The notes beneath the pieces are model-generated. The model was not told the DNA's origin and made no database searches. It saw only the letters and a list, made by a program, of their open reading frames with translations. A program made the translations under genes and the position numbers. A stretch of DNA of 61,386 nucleotides, taken from Candidatus Thalassarchaeaceae archaeon. GTDB lineage: Archaea > Thermoplasmatota > Poseidoniia > Poseidoniales > Thalassarchaeaceae. Where the stretch lies: assembly GCA_023700255.1 (NCBI GenBank), contig JAJPRD010000006.1, positions 1-61,386 on the forward strand. The letters run 5' to 3'. Positions 20,914 to 30,447 of the stretch are shown here, piece after piece. Position 1 is the stretch's first letter. Each line of letters opens with the position of its first letter.

Positions 20914-21630
20914 ATGGATACCGAGACCATCGGTGAAAAGGATTGGGAAGAACTACAAAAAAACCTAGAGGCAACGATACCAGTTTATGATAAAATAAAT
21001 CGTTTTGCAACTCTTGGTCAAGTCTCAAAATGGAGAAGAATGGTTAGAGAACGGTTGCCAAAAGAAGGAAAATTATTGGAAGTAGGTTGCGGGCCAGGGA
21101 GCTTCGCTGAAGAAGTTGAAGGGACTGAACTTACATGCCTTGACCCTATCCCTGAAATGCTTCGAGTTGCTGAACCAAGAGTCAATATAATTAGGGAAGA
21201 AAGAGGATTTTCTAAGGCCGAGTTTGTGGAAGGTAAAGCTGAATCATTACCATTCGATGAAAATATATTTGATGCAGTATGCACTCTTTTCTCATTCAGA
21301 GATTGGTTTGATAAAAGGAAAGGATTGAGTGAAGTATATCGTGTTTTAAAACCAGGCTCATCGATAGTTATCGTTGATCCTGCAAAGATAAACAAGTTAC
21401 ACGGATTACTTGGATGGTTATGGATGAGAACTTGGGTAGGTAGTTATGCCAAAATAGTCTGTAAACAAGATGACCACCCATGGAAATGGCTAACTAAGAC
21501 ATATGTCCATTTTGGAACTACCAAAGATTACCTAAGGATGTTAGAAGAAGTTGGATTTGAAAATCCCCGTGCTAAAGTGATATTTCCTGGAATGGCAACT
21601 ATATGGCAAGCAGAGAAACCGCAAGAATAA
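20914..21630 (+). CDS. UbiE/MenG-family SAM-dependent methyltransferase
   Basis: YDKINR, LEVGCGPG, AESLPF, EVYRVLKPG. Confidence 0.8.
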   Translation: MDTETIGEKDWEELQKNLEATIPVYDKINRFATLGQVSKWRRMVRERLPKEGKLLEVGCGPGSFAEEVEGTELTCLDPIPEMLRVAEPRVNIIREERGFSKAEFVEGKAESLPFDENIFDAVCTLFSFRDWFDKRKGLSEVYRVLKPGSSIVIVDPAKINKLHGLLGWLWMRTWVGSYAKIVCKQDDHPWKWLTKTYVHFGTTKDYLRMLEEVGFENPRAKVIFPGMATIWQAEKPQE

Positions 21631-21637
21631 ATATAAT

Positions 21638-22738
21638 TCAAAATAAAAAGAATAAATTCCTACAAGTTATTGCTCTCCAAACAAAAGGTTTAGTGAATCT
21701 ATTGAACACTAAATTAATTATCCAATCGGGTAACCTTAGAATATAACTACCTAAGATAAAAGATCTTTTTGAATTACGCATCACTTTACCCATTTGTTTA
21801 TTCCATCGCGTTTCATATTCCGATAAGGCGACTCCATTCTTCAAATGTTCTGAAATCACTTGCCCCGCTATCCTTCCACCAATCATAGCAATTGTAATAC
21901 CTGCTCCATTTGAGGGTAAAACCATCCCCGCTGAATCACCAACAAGTACGTAATTCCCTTTAACGAAAGTCTTAATCGTTCCAGACATTGGTAATGAACC
22001 CGCCCCGGTGAATGCTATTTCCCCCTCATAACGACTAACAAAATCAGTAGTCAAATCATTCAAATTTTTACCCTTAGAAAATTTATTCTGAATGCCGACC
22101 CCAATATTTGCCCCCTCATTTTTCGGGAACATCCATGCATAACCGCCTGGTGCCATTGAACCAAAATGCAATTCTACAGCATCACCAAAATCACCATCCA
22201 TTAAGACAAACTTAACTGGGATTTTCAAGCCTGATTCATCCCAAAATGATTTCCTGAGAGGATCATTATGTCCTCCAGCACCAACTATTACCTTAGCATT
22301 AAATATTCTACCATCTCTTAACTTAACAGAATTACCTTCAATCGAGTCCACTCTTGAATCAACTAAATATTCTGCACCTTTTAATTTAGCTAACTCGACA
22401 AGTGCCTCATCATGAACTACGCGATTAAGCATAAATCCCTCAAATGGATATCGAAGAGGTTTACCAGAAGGAGGCACTAGATACATTTCAGAAGTTCTAC
22501 GAGATATTGCTGAAGGAGGTGTTTGTAATAAATCATCAATATCAGGGACATCTGGACACAAACGATTCATTTCTTCATTAGTAGGGACTAGCTCTCCACA
22601 TTGCAGGGGAGTTCCGATAGGATCTCGCCCATCAATGACCAATACCTCACACCCTCCTTCAGCGATATATCGTGCAACTGTTGAACCAGCAGGACCTCCA
22701 CCGATCACAATGACTTCCCAACTCTCCTTTTCACCCAT
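21638..22738 (-). CDS. Geranylgeranyl reductase-family flavoprotein
   Basis: GGGPAG, CGE, PGGYAWMFPK, GDSAG. Confidence 0.9.
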   Translation of the reverse strand: MGEKESWEVIVIGGGPAGSTVARYIAEGGCEVLVIDGRDPIGTPLQCGELVPTNEEMNRLCPDVPDIDDLLQTPPSAISRRTSEMYLVPPSGKPLRYPFEGFMLNRVVHDEALVELAKLKGAEYLVDSRVDSIEGNSVKLRDGRIFNAKVIVGAGGHNDPLRKSFWDESGLKIPVKFVLMDGDFGDAVELHFGSMAPGGYAWMFPKNEGANIGVGIQNKFSKGKNLNDLTTDFVSRYEGEIAFTGAGSLPMSGTIKTFVKGNYVLVGDSAGMVLPSNGAGITIAMIGGRIAGQVISEHLKNGVALSEYETRWNKQMGKVMRNSKRSFILGSYILRLPDWIINLVFNRFTKPFVWRAITCRNLFFLF

Positions 22739-22767
22739 TCATTCACCTTAGAGTGTCTAATTAAATA

Positions 22768-23748
22768 TTATTTTTTTCTTGAACGAGATCTCTTAGCAAC
22801 TTCTGACATTAAATCTCTAGCAATACTTCGAGGTAATTTATTTAATTGAATTAAAGCTCTGTTTATATGATTTTCAATTAATTGTTCAGAATAGTCAAAA
22901 GAACCTGCTGATGAAAGTAAAGAAACTAATTCGCCCCACCTATCGTCAGAAAAATTTTGTAAAATATCCGCTAATTGCTCTCTTTCTACCCCATGCAACA
23001 TAGTTAATGCATGAATAATTGGAAGCGTCATCTTACCTTCATGTACGTCTCCTCCGCGAGGTTTACCCATATTTTCATCCCCTGTCAAATCAAGTAAATC
23101 ATCAACAAGTTGGAAAGCGCGACCGATTTCCCATCCAAATTCTTCAAGAGAATTAATGACCTCTTCGGGTGCATTCGCTACAATTGCAGCACAAGCACAT
23201 GCCGTTGCGAAAGGACCTGCAGTTTTGCCATCAATAATAGAATAGTAATCTTCAGGAGTTGTTGCAAGATCGCCAATATGTTCGTGTTGAAGTAACTCCC
23301 CAGAAGCTATATTAGCACAAGTATCAGCCATTTTTTCAACAATTTTAGCCTCATACTTACCCCCTAAGCCAAAGCCCAATACAAAGAGATAATCTCCACC
23401 AATTATACCATGAGCTAAACCATGCGAGGCGTGCAAAGTTGGTTTCCCTCTACGAGTTTTAGAGAAATCATAGATATCATCATGAACTAAAGTAGCTGTA
23501 TGTATGAGTTCCGCAGCTAGAGCAAGATCCATTACTTTCGATATATCTTTTCCGCCAGCGGATTCGAAAGCTAACAATGTAAGAACTGGGCGATATCTTT
23601 TCCCACCAGCGAGTAATACTTCACGCGCCAGAGTCATAGCAGGAGCCTGAATACTGGCCATTTTTTCTTGTACAAAATCTTCTAAAGCTTCTTCAACAAT
23701 ATCTCTCCTTTTACCTAGTTGTTGCTGAGTAGATCTGAGAGAGACCAT
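22768..23748 (-). CDS. Trans-polyprenyl diphosphate synthase, likely long-chain
   Basis: GGKRYRP, first Asp-rich motif HDDIYD, KTA, FQLVDDLLD; Ala at position -5 of the first motif. Confidence 0.92.
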   Translation of the reverse strand: MVSLRSTQQQLGKRRDIVEEALEDFVQEKMASIQAPAMTLAREVLLAGGKRYRPVLTLLAFESAGGKDISKVMDLALAAELIHTATLVHDDIYDFSKTRRGKPTLHASHGLAHGIIGGDYLFVLGFGLGGKYEAKIVEKMADTCANIASGELLQHEHIGDLATTPEDYYSIIDGKTAGPFATACACAAIVANAPEEVINSLEEFGWEIGRAFQLVDDLLDLTGDENMGKPRGGDVHEGKMTLPIIHALTMLHGVEREQLADILQNFSDDRWGELVSLLSSAGSFDYSEQLIENHINRALIQLNKLPRSIARDLMSEVAKRSRSRKK

Positions 23749-23849
23749 GTGACTTCAGCACACGTTAGAAGGGGTCGCCTATATCAATAAGTGTCTAGCC
23801 GGTTGGCTTGAGTACGATACGTGCTCCCTCCCCCGAGGTGGACGCGATT

Positions 23850-24881
23850 ATGGAAACAATAAATTTTGGAACCCTATCTATACCATCATGCCCTGTCGAT
23901 TCTTACATGGAAAAATTCTTTGAATCGAGTGAAGCACCAGAAATACCTATACTTTCTAAGGAATATGACTCTTTAAAAACAGCGCTAGAAAATCTACAAA
24001 AAGGAAATTTAGACTTGCTGGCAATGCCTGCAAAACTTCTGCATGGAAAACAATTAGAGATGAGTGAAGCAAACTGTGAAGTTCTAGGTGCGAGAACACC
24101 AAGAACACCAAATATGGTTCTAGTTTCAGAAAATAAAATACAATATCAACCAAAATCAGGCATCATATTGTCACAATCAAAACTGGTAAGAAGACAACTA
24201 AGAAGGTCACGTAGAGGACTTCGAGTTTTATCCCCAAATGCATTCATAGAGATTGAAAAAAGAGAAAAAACGTATGAGAATGAATTAGAGATGTATTCAT
24301 GGATGGAAACTCTAAGGGAAAATAAAGAAATTGACGGCTATATCATTCCGAGAGTTATTTATTCAACATTAAACATTAGTGAAAGAAGACATACATTACT
24401 TCCTGATCCTCAAAATTTAGGAGATGACCACTTCTTACCAAGCCCATATTCGGACTTATTAGTGATTTTAGGTAGGAAAAAATACCCTAAGAAAATCAGC
24501 AGTCTATTCTCAGAAATTGAAGGAGAAACTATGTGGAAAATACAAAATTATTTCCTAGGAGAAATAGATGAGGCAAGTTTAGAGAACATAGGGATGCTAA
24601 CTAGGCATCGACAAATGAGCACACTTATGACGTTAGCTGAAAAGCATAAAGATCTAACTATGGAACAAGCATTCCATAATTCAGAGGGTGAATCAACTAC
24701 AAATGAAGTTCTAGTAGAATTCAGAATCGAAACCATATCCAATGATGGCAGAAGAACGATTGCAGTAGATCGAGTAGTCCCCTACTCAAAATATGAAATC
24801 GCGATGGTTGCAACTGAGAAGGACTGGCGAATGGTAATTGAAAGGTCGCAAACTGATGGCATCGATTTTTTCAATAATTAG
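23850..24881 (+). CDS. Divergent porphobilinogen deaminase (HemC)-like protein lacking catalytic residues
   Basis: Colinear weak matches: GNLDLLAM, RRQLRR, IDGYII, FLPSP; no GGC cofactor Cys; GAGGTG SD before ATG 23850. Confidence 0.5.
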   Translation: METINFGTLSIPSCPVDSYMEKFFESSEAPEIPILSKEYDSLKTALENLQKGNLDLLAMPAKLLHGKQLEMSEANCEVLGARTPRTPNMVLVSENKIQYQPKSGIILSQSKLVRRQLRRSRRGLRVLSPNAFIEIEKREKTYENELEMYSWMETLRENKEIDGYIIPRVIYSTLNISERRHTLLPDPQNLGDDHFLPSPYSDLLVILGRKKYPKKISSLFSEIEGETMWKIQNYFLGEIDEASLENIGMLTRHRQMSTLMTLAEKHKDLTMEQAFHNSEGESTTNEVLVEFRIETISNDGRRTIAVDRVVPYSKYEIAMVATEKDWRMVIERSQTDGIDFFNN

Positions 24882-24984
24882 TTCCGGCTTTCTTAATTGA
24901 GGGTCAAAATACATCCCGAATCGCTGATTTATACGCAACCGATATCATACAGTATAACTCTCGACCATATGAGGGAGAGGTAAT

Positions 24985-25965
24985 TTGCGGGTTGACCAAG
25001 TACTGTTAGATGAACTCTACAGATCACGTTTGATGCCACTTCGCCAAAAAGCAGAAGAAGCTAAATTAGGTAAGTCTGGCTCAGTAGAGGTCCTAAGAGC
25101 GAGATTAATCCAGCATAAAATCCTCAATGATTTAGATTTATCATGGGATGGTATACAAGGTATGCCTCATAAAGAAATTGGAGGGATTTTGAAAACTTTT
25201 GGGATTAAATCTTCAGGTTCTCACAAAGAAAGAAGACAGAGATTATGGCTACATTTAAATTTCGATTCAAGAAGAATGACCATTGAAAGACTAGCTGAAT
25301 TAGATCGTGAAAAACTTCATCAAATGTGTCTTTATTTAGAGCTACCACTAACGGGCAATAGGACTGTATTAATGGGACGAGTTGCAGGAGTTTTGACGAG
25401 TCAGGGAAATGGCTGGGGTAGAATAAAAAGAAGCCTGAGAAGAAGAGGGATTCCAAATATAATAAAGGAAACAAAACATCAAGAACATTTGGAGAAAAAA
25501 AACATAACAATTGATACGGTAGGTTTGAAAGAAAATAATTTAGAAAACGAAATTATGTTTGATGAAGTTTCTAATGCGGCTTTGGAAGATGCTCATGACT
25601 CTCTATTGATTGGTTTTGAAGAAGAAGATTTCAACACCCAAGGGGACATCCTAACTATCCAAGCGAGAGTAGAAGATTTAGATAGAATGATTGGAACTAT
25701 CATAAAGAGTCATAGAGGATTATGGGGGGATAAAGAAGTAGATTTACTCCTTAGAATAGCGATAAGAAGAGGTTGGCCATTATCTAATGAGAGAGTCAGG
25801 GAAAAGCTTGCATCGGTAGCAACTAACATTGCGGAAATAAAAGGTGCTGAAATGAGAGACTCTAATGGTCAGGTAATTCATGATTTAGATACTCTGAAAA
25901 GAGTCAGGGAGAAATTATCAATAGTAGATACTGTGATCTCAAAAAATGAAAAAAAATCAGTCTAG
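24985..25965 (+). CDS. Hypothetical protein with three SAP-like DNA-binding repeats
   Basis: Three L..L....GL..SG.K..L..RL-like units; TTG start with GAGGT SD. Confidence 0.6.
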   Translation: MRVDQVLLDELYRSRLMPLRQKAEEAKLGKSGSVEVLRARLIQHKILNDLDLSWDGIQGMPHKEIGGILKTFGIKSSGSHKERRQRLWLHLNFDSRRMTIERLAELDREKLHQMCLYLELPLTGNRTVLMGRVAGVLTSQGNGWGRIKRSLRRRGIPNIIKETKHQEHLEKKNITIDTVGLKENNLENEIMFDEVSNAALEDAHDSLLIGFEEEDFNTQGDILTIQARVEDLDRMIGTIIKSHRGLWGDKEVDLLLRIAIRRGWPLSNERVREKLASVATNIAEIKGAEMRDSNGQVIHDLDTLKRVREKLSIVDTVISKNEKKSV

Positions 25966-26928
25966 TACTTGGAAGAATCCAAATCTAGGTTCGATTATTT
26001 GACACTTAACATCCCTCAAATCTTCAATGGCATCTTCAGATAATTCCCTTGAGAATCCCGCCTCTACGCATGCAAGAACGATGGAATCATATGGCATTCC
26101 ATCGACACTAGATGAATTCCTTACGGCATTAAGAATAACATCTTCTACATCACCTTGAGGCTCTGATGTTGACACATCAGATTTAGCCACAGAATCAGTC
26201 GGAGGGGATGTATCCAATGAATCATTCTTTTGAGATTCTTGCTCAGAAGATGAAATCATTTCCTCAATATCACTATTGGAACTTAGTGCCATTGAAAGTC
26301 CTTGTAAAACCCCTACCTTGTAACTTTCAGGATCAAAGTCGCTATAGTGATCTTTAGCAAGGATCATCCCTTCGATTAAATCAGAAGGAACGCCTGCTGA
26401 TTCTAATGCTTGGGGGTTATTGTCAGAACCCTGAGATGCAGAATATGCTGCTAATCTTCTCAAAGTTGCTTCTGATGTTTCAACTAGCCAGTTAACATAA
26501 ACTGGCCTTTCAACTATACAAAATTCTTCAGCACGGAATGAGGTAAAAATTCCACCATCGTCACTTTCAAACCACCTTGCTCGACCGACCATCATCATCA
26601 GATACCGATCACCTGATTCAAATCTTGCAAGTAGCTCTTCAGCATCCGCGTGCAACTCAGGCTGGAATTGAGCTATTTGAAATCGATGAACTCCTCCAGT
26701 AGCATCCCTTAGATGTCCGTTATAGTTAGGACCATTGTCACCCTCTCTTCTTTCAAATCTATCAATCACACCACCAAATATTGCACGATTAACTTTAGCG
26801 CCTAATTTTGTTATAATAAATGAAGGATCGTATTCACCTACACCTTCCAGAGGTAAATTCGCATCAGAATACTCTTGTGCAAATATACGAATTGCGCTTT
26901 GTCTCTTTGCTCTTGTCTGATTCATCAT
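25957..26928 (-). CDS. RPA-associated OB-fold protein (Rpa2/RPAP-like) with C-terminal winged helix
   Basis: RIFAQE, TKLGAKVNR, QFQPE, EPRFG; coupled to the upstream rpa gene. Confidence 0.78.
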   Translation of the reverse strand: MMNQTRAKRQSAIRIFAQEYSDANLPLEGVGEYDPSFIITKLGAKVNRAIFGGVIDRFERREGDNGPNYNGHLRDATGGVHRFQIAQFQPELHADAEELLARFESGDRYLMMMVGRARWFESDDGGIFTSFRAEEFCIVERPVYVNWLVETSEATLRRLAAYSASQGSDNNPQALESAGVPSDLIEGMILAKDHYSDFDPESYKVGVLQGLSMALSSNSDIEEMISSSEQESQKNDSLDTSPPTDSVAKSDVSTSEPQGDVEDVILNAVRNSSSVDGMPYDSIVLACVEAGFSRELSEDAIEDLRDVKCQIIEPRFGFFQVLD

Positions 26929-28625
26929 AGAAGCACCCCCCATTCTTTTATCACTAGATTCGCAGTATCTTCGTTAGATATTGAGTCAAAAATGACTTCT
27001 TCTGCAAGAATCATAGCTCCTTGTTCATCAACCATCGCGCGTCCATTAATCATGACTTTCCTGGCTAAAAACTTGCCACGTATTTCAGAGATAAAATCTT
27101 CTTTCCCTCTTTTTGAAATTTGCTCTTTAACCATATCTTGAGATATCCCTAATAATTTTTCAGATGGATCTTTAGCCATTATTAAAGATGCGTTATGAAT
27201 CCCGTTATCGATAACAAATTTCAACCTGAGGTCTTCCACTCCGTGTTGTGCACCATGATCTAAACAATTACTATCTCTAAGAATTCTTCGACATTCAGGG
27301 CACCGTTCTATAATTCCAGAATCTGGCCTTACTGCTACTATTGTACCTCTTGTTTTGATACCTCTTCTAGAACCCCCGTTTAATAAATCTGATAGTTCAA
27401 TTTGCACCCAGTGTTGCTCAGGATCAATTGCCTCCCATGGTGCATCTGTTAAATTATTCACTTGATCGATATCATCAACAACAAGATCTGGTGAACCTTG
27501 CCAGAACTGAACACGAGCGCCAGTCAAATGAAGGAAATCACCAGGTTTTGGATTTATATCACACCAAGCTGTAAGACGGCAACGCCCAGTTGGGTCCATT
27601 ACATCTCCACTTCGAACTATTTTCTCTTCACCATTAGAATTCGTAAATGTACGTGATTGCCAAGACTCTACTTGGACTGTTGTGATTATATCTTTCATTC
27701 CATTCCTTAACTCGCCAATCTTTGAGGTTGTAGCTTGAGATAATTCTTCAGTGCTAGCAAAATTAGCATCATGATATTTCTCAATTTTAGTTCTATCATT
27801 GATGTTTACTTCAGGTGTTTCTCTAAATTTCCGAATCATAGCCCCTTCAATCCTTACTAAATCACCAACTTCATGACCGATTGGGACCCATGAAAGAAAA
27901 CTTATTTTCCCTGATGAATCCGCAAAAGTCCCTCTGAATATATCTAGAGAACCACTTCCATCTTTCTTTATGATGACATCTGGTTTTAGAGATATAATTC
28001 TAGCAAGAAGATTGACATAGCCCTCATTCTCTGAAGCTTTTTCTATAGATATTGGTTCATCACTCAGAGTTGGAACCGCTGGGCCTCCTTCTCGAAGAAC
28101 TGTTACTCTGCTGGCCCTATTGATATTAATCGAACGTTTATCATTCCATTCATTTACAGATACACCTTCCAACCTAACTACAGAGTTAGGTGCAAGATTT
28201 TCCGAGTGAGCCCCCCAATCTTTGAAATCCCACCTTTCTCTTTTGTCGTTAGATTCCCATGGATTATCTTCAATCCAACCAAATGCAATTTGTTTTTCTT
28301 CTCCACGTACCATCTGAACTCGAGGGACATAAGTTACAACTGCGACTTCGATAGTCACATTTTTATCGTCAGAACCTAGATCTGCAAATCGGTCTACTTT
28401 CTTCTCTACACGAGATTGCGTGGGAGATATAGTCGTCACATCTTGGCCTGAAGCAGCCTGGAATTTACGAATAACAGATCTTAAAGCATCATTAGGCGGA
28501 ATCAAGAACTCATTTTCATAACGCCTAAACTCTTCTGCTATTTCTCCTTCATTAGCATCTTTACACTCTTCTTTAACTAAAGCAACTTGCGTTGCATATT
28601 TCTCATTTTCATTCATGATATTCAC
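26925..28625 (-). CDS. rpa: Replication protein A, multi-OB-fold with zinc finger
   Basis: Repeated OB motifs (DSSGKI, DPTGRC), CPEC...C..H, DLRLKFVIDNG. Confidence 0.88.
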   Translation of the reverse strand: MNIMNENEKYATQVALVKEECKDANEGEIAEEFRRYENEFLIPPNDALRSVIRKFQAASGQDVTTISPTQSRVEKKVDRFADLGSDDKNVTIEVAVVTYVPRVQMVRGEEKQIAFGWIEDNPWESNDKRERWDFKDWGAHSENLAPNSVVRLEGVSVNEWNDKRSININRASRVTVLREGGPAVPTLSDEPISIEKASENEGYVNLLARIISLKPDVIIKKDGSGSLDIFRGTFADSSGKISFLSWVPIGHEVGDLVRIEGAMIRKFRETPEVNINDRTKIEKYHDANFASTEELSQATTSKIGELRNGMKDIITTVQVESWQSRTFTNSNGEEKIVRSGDVMDPTGRCRLTAWCDINPKPGDFLHLTGARVQFWQGSPDLVVDDIDQVNNLTDAPWEAIDPEQHWVQIELSDLLNGGSRRGIKTRGTIVAVRPDSGIIERCPECRRILRDSNCLDHGAQHGVEDLRLKFVIDNGIHNASLIMAKDPSEKLLGISQDMVKEQISKRGKEDFISEIRGKFLARKVMINGRAMVDEQGAMILAEEVIFDSISNEDTANLVIKEWGVLL

Positions 28626-28856
28626 CTACATTTAAGATTGAAATGCCAAGACTACTTTTACAACCGATGCAGGTTCCAACAAGTACGAATCTTGATGGAA
28701 AAATGGGGTATAACAACGGCGTGTATATTTGGGTAGACTCAACACTTGCAGACCTCCGGAAGGTTTTGCTAGCGTGGAGGTCTTTGAACATGCCCCTTGA
28801 TTATTCAAAGATTCAGACCGATGGCGTTTTCATTCGATGCCTTTTATCGAAGGTCA

Positions 28857-29408
28857 ATGGTAGGCGGGGAGTTCTGCAGGTTTGGTGTCTTAACTGCATC
28901 AGATAGAGCAAGTTCAGGAGATTATGAAGACTTAAGCGGCCCTGCTATTGAAAATTTCATCAATGAAGCCTTAGCATCACAATGGGAAGTAATTAGAGTA
29001 ATTGTACCTGATGAAAAATCAGAAATAGAGAAGGCATTATGCGACTTAGCTGACAAACAAGAATGCTCCGTCATTGTTACAACTGGGGGAACTGGACCTG
29101 CTCCTAGAGATGTCACTCCTGAAGCGACTGAAACAGTATGCGATAGGATGCTACCAGGATTTGGTGAACAAATGCGTAACATATCTCTAAAATATGTGCC
29201 TACAGCGACACTATCGAGGCAAACTGCAGGAATAAGAGGAAAGTCTTTGATAATTAATTTACCAGGCTCACCTAGATCCATTAGGGAAATTTTGGATGAA
29301 GTTTTTGCAGCAGTTCCATATTGTGTAGACTTGATAGGAGGGCCTTATATCACCACACATTCAGAGGTAGTAGAATCATTCAGACCAGTTCATGCTCGAA
29401 GAGAATGA
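28857..29408 (+). CDS. mogA: Molybdopterin adenylyltransferase
   Basis: SDRAS, D.SGP, TTGGTGPAPRDVTPEA, PGFGE, NLPG; start approximate. Confidence 0.93.
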   Translation: MVGGEFCRFGVLTASDRASSGDYEDLSGPAIENFINEALASQWEVIRVIVPDEKSEIEKALCDLADKQECSVIVTTGGTGPAPRDVTPEATETVCDRMLPGFGEQMRNISLKYVPTATLSRQTAGIRGKSLIINLPGSPRSIREILDEVFAAVPYCVDLIGGPYITTHSEVVESFRPVHARRE

Positions 29409-29437
29409 TTCATGAGAGGGAGGTTCGCCGGCCAATC

Positions 29438-30265
29438 ATGGCTAAGATGAAGAGTGGCGATTTCGAAACCGACCGAGAACAGGATGAATTGAGAGAAATT
29501 GAGGTAACTCTAGATTTCACACCCAATGCTCTAGCATCAATATTATATCGTCAAGGAAACACAGTTATCATGGCATGTGTGACAAAAGCGGATGGTTTAC
29601 CTAGATGGTTCCCTAGAGATTCGGATAGAGGTTGGGTACATGCAGAATATTCACTACTTCCTGCTTCAACAGATAGTAGATTCCGTCGAGAGAGAGGAGG
29701 CGCAAAGGGAAGAACCCAAGAGATTGAGAGACTAGTCGCTCGTTCTCTAAGAGGAGCAATCGATTTAGAACAACTCGGACCTATTGCTCTGACTGTTGAT
29801 TGTGATGTTCTTAATGCCGATGGAGGCACAAGATGTGCATCAATTACTGCTGCATGTATAGCGCTTAGATTAGCGGTTAGAAGATTAATCACCAGTGGTG
29901 AATGTCTACCTAAGGGAATGAGACCGAGTAGGGAGGATCTGAAAAATGGTTGGAAAGCACCTACGTTAAGCGAAGAACAAAAAATGTCACATGAAAATTC
30001 AGTTATTAGCAACAATGTAGCAGCAATTAGTGTTGGATTAATGGGGGATGAAATATATCTCGACCTCGATTATATCCTAGATAGTAATGCAGATGTAGAT
30101 ATGAATGTTGTAATGACTAGTAATGGAGAGTTCGTAGAAGTTCAAGGTACTGGTGAGGAATCAACATATACTCGTAAACAACTCGATGCTTTGCTCAATA
30201 TGGCCGAAAAAGGCAATTCAGAGCTACATGAAATGCAAATTGAAGTACTCAAAGATGCTAATTGA
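29438..30265 (+). CDS. rph: Ribonuclease PH, bacterial-type
   Basis: GWVHAEYSLLP, GRTQEIERL, DCDVLNADGGTRCA, DMNVV, EVQGTGE. Confidence 0.92.
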   Translation: MAKMKSGDFETDREQDELREIEVTLDFTPNALASILYRQGNTVIMACVTKADGLPRWFPRDSDRGWVHAEYSLLPASTDSRFRRERGGAKGRTQEIERLVARSLRGAIDLEQLGPIALTVDCDVLNADGGTRCASITAACIALRLAVRRLITSGECLPKGMRPSREDLKNGWKAPTLSEEQKMSHENSVISNNVAAISVGLMGDEIYLDLDYILDSNADVDMNVVMTSNGEFVEVQGTGEESTYTRKQLDALLNMAEKGNSELHEMQIEVLKDAN

Positions 30266-30312
30266 GTTCTCGGAACAATTGAAGAGGAAAGAGCAGTGGC
30301 GTGGACGCTAAC

Positions 30313-30388
30313 GGGACTGTAGCTCAGCTGGGAGAGCGCCGCACTGAAGATGCGGAGGCCGCCGGTTCAAGTCCGGCCAGTCCCACCA
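30313..30388 (+). tRNA. tRNA-Phe (GAA), CCA encoded
   Basis: Cloverleaf: acceptor GGGACTG/CAGTCCC, anticodon arm CCGCA-CTGAAGA-TGCGG, TTCAA T-loop. Confidence 0.97.
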
Positions 30389-30447
30389 GCAACTACTGAA
30401 TTCACGTGTAGTGTTATACAGTATTTGATTAACTAAAGATTACTCGA

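Noticed and set aside
28755-28765. CCGGAAGG resembling the SRP RNA helix 8 loop
   Set aside because: The flanking conserved SRP sequence and long GC-rich helices are absent.
28609-28906. 87-aa and 60-aa ORFs between rpa and mogA
   Set aside because: They overlap neighbouring genes and have no motif or clear SD; the region is more likely regulatory.
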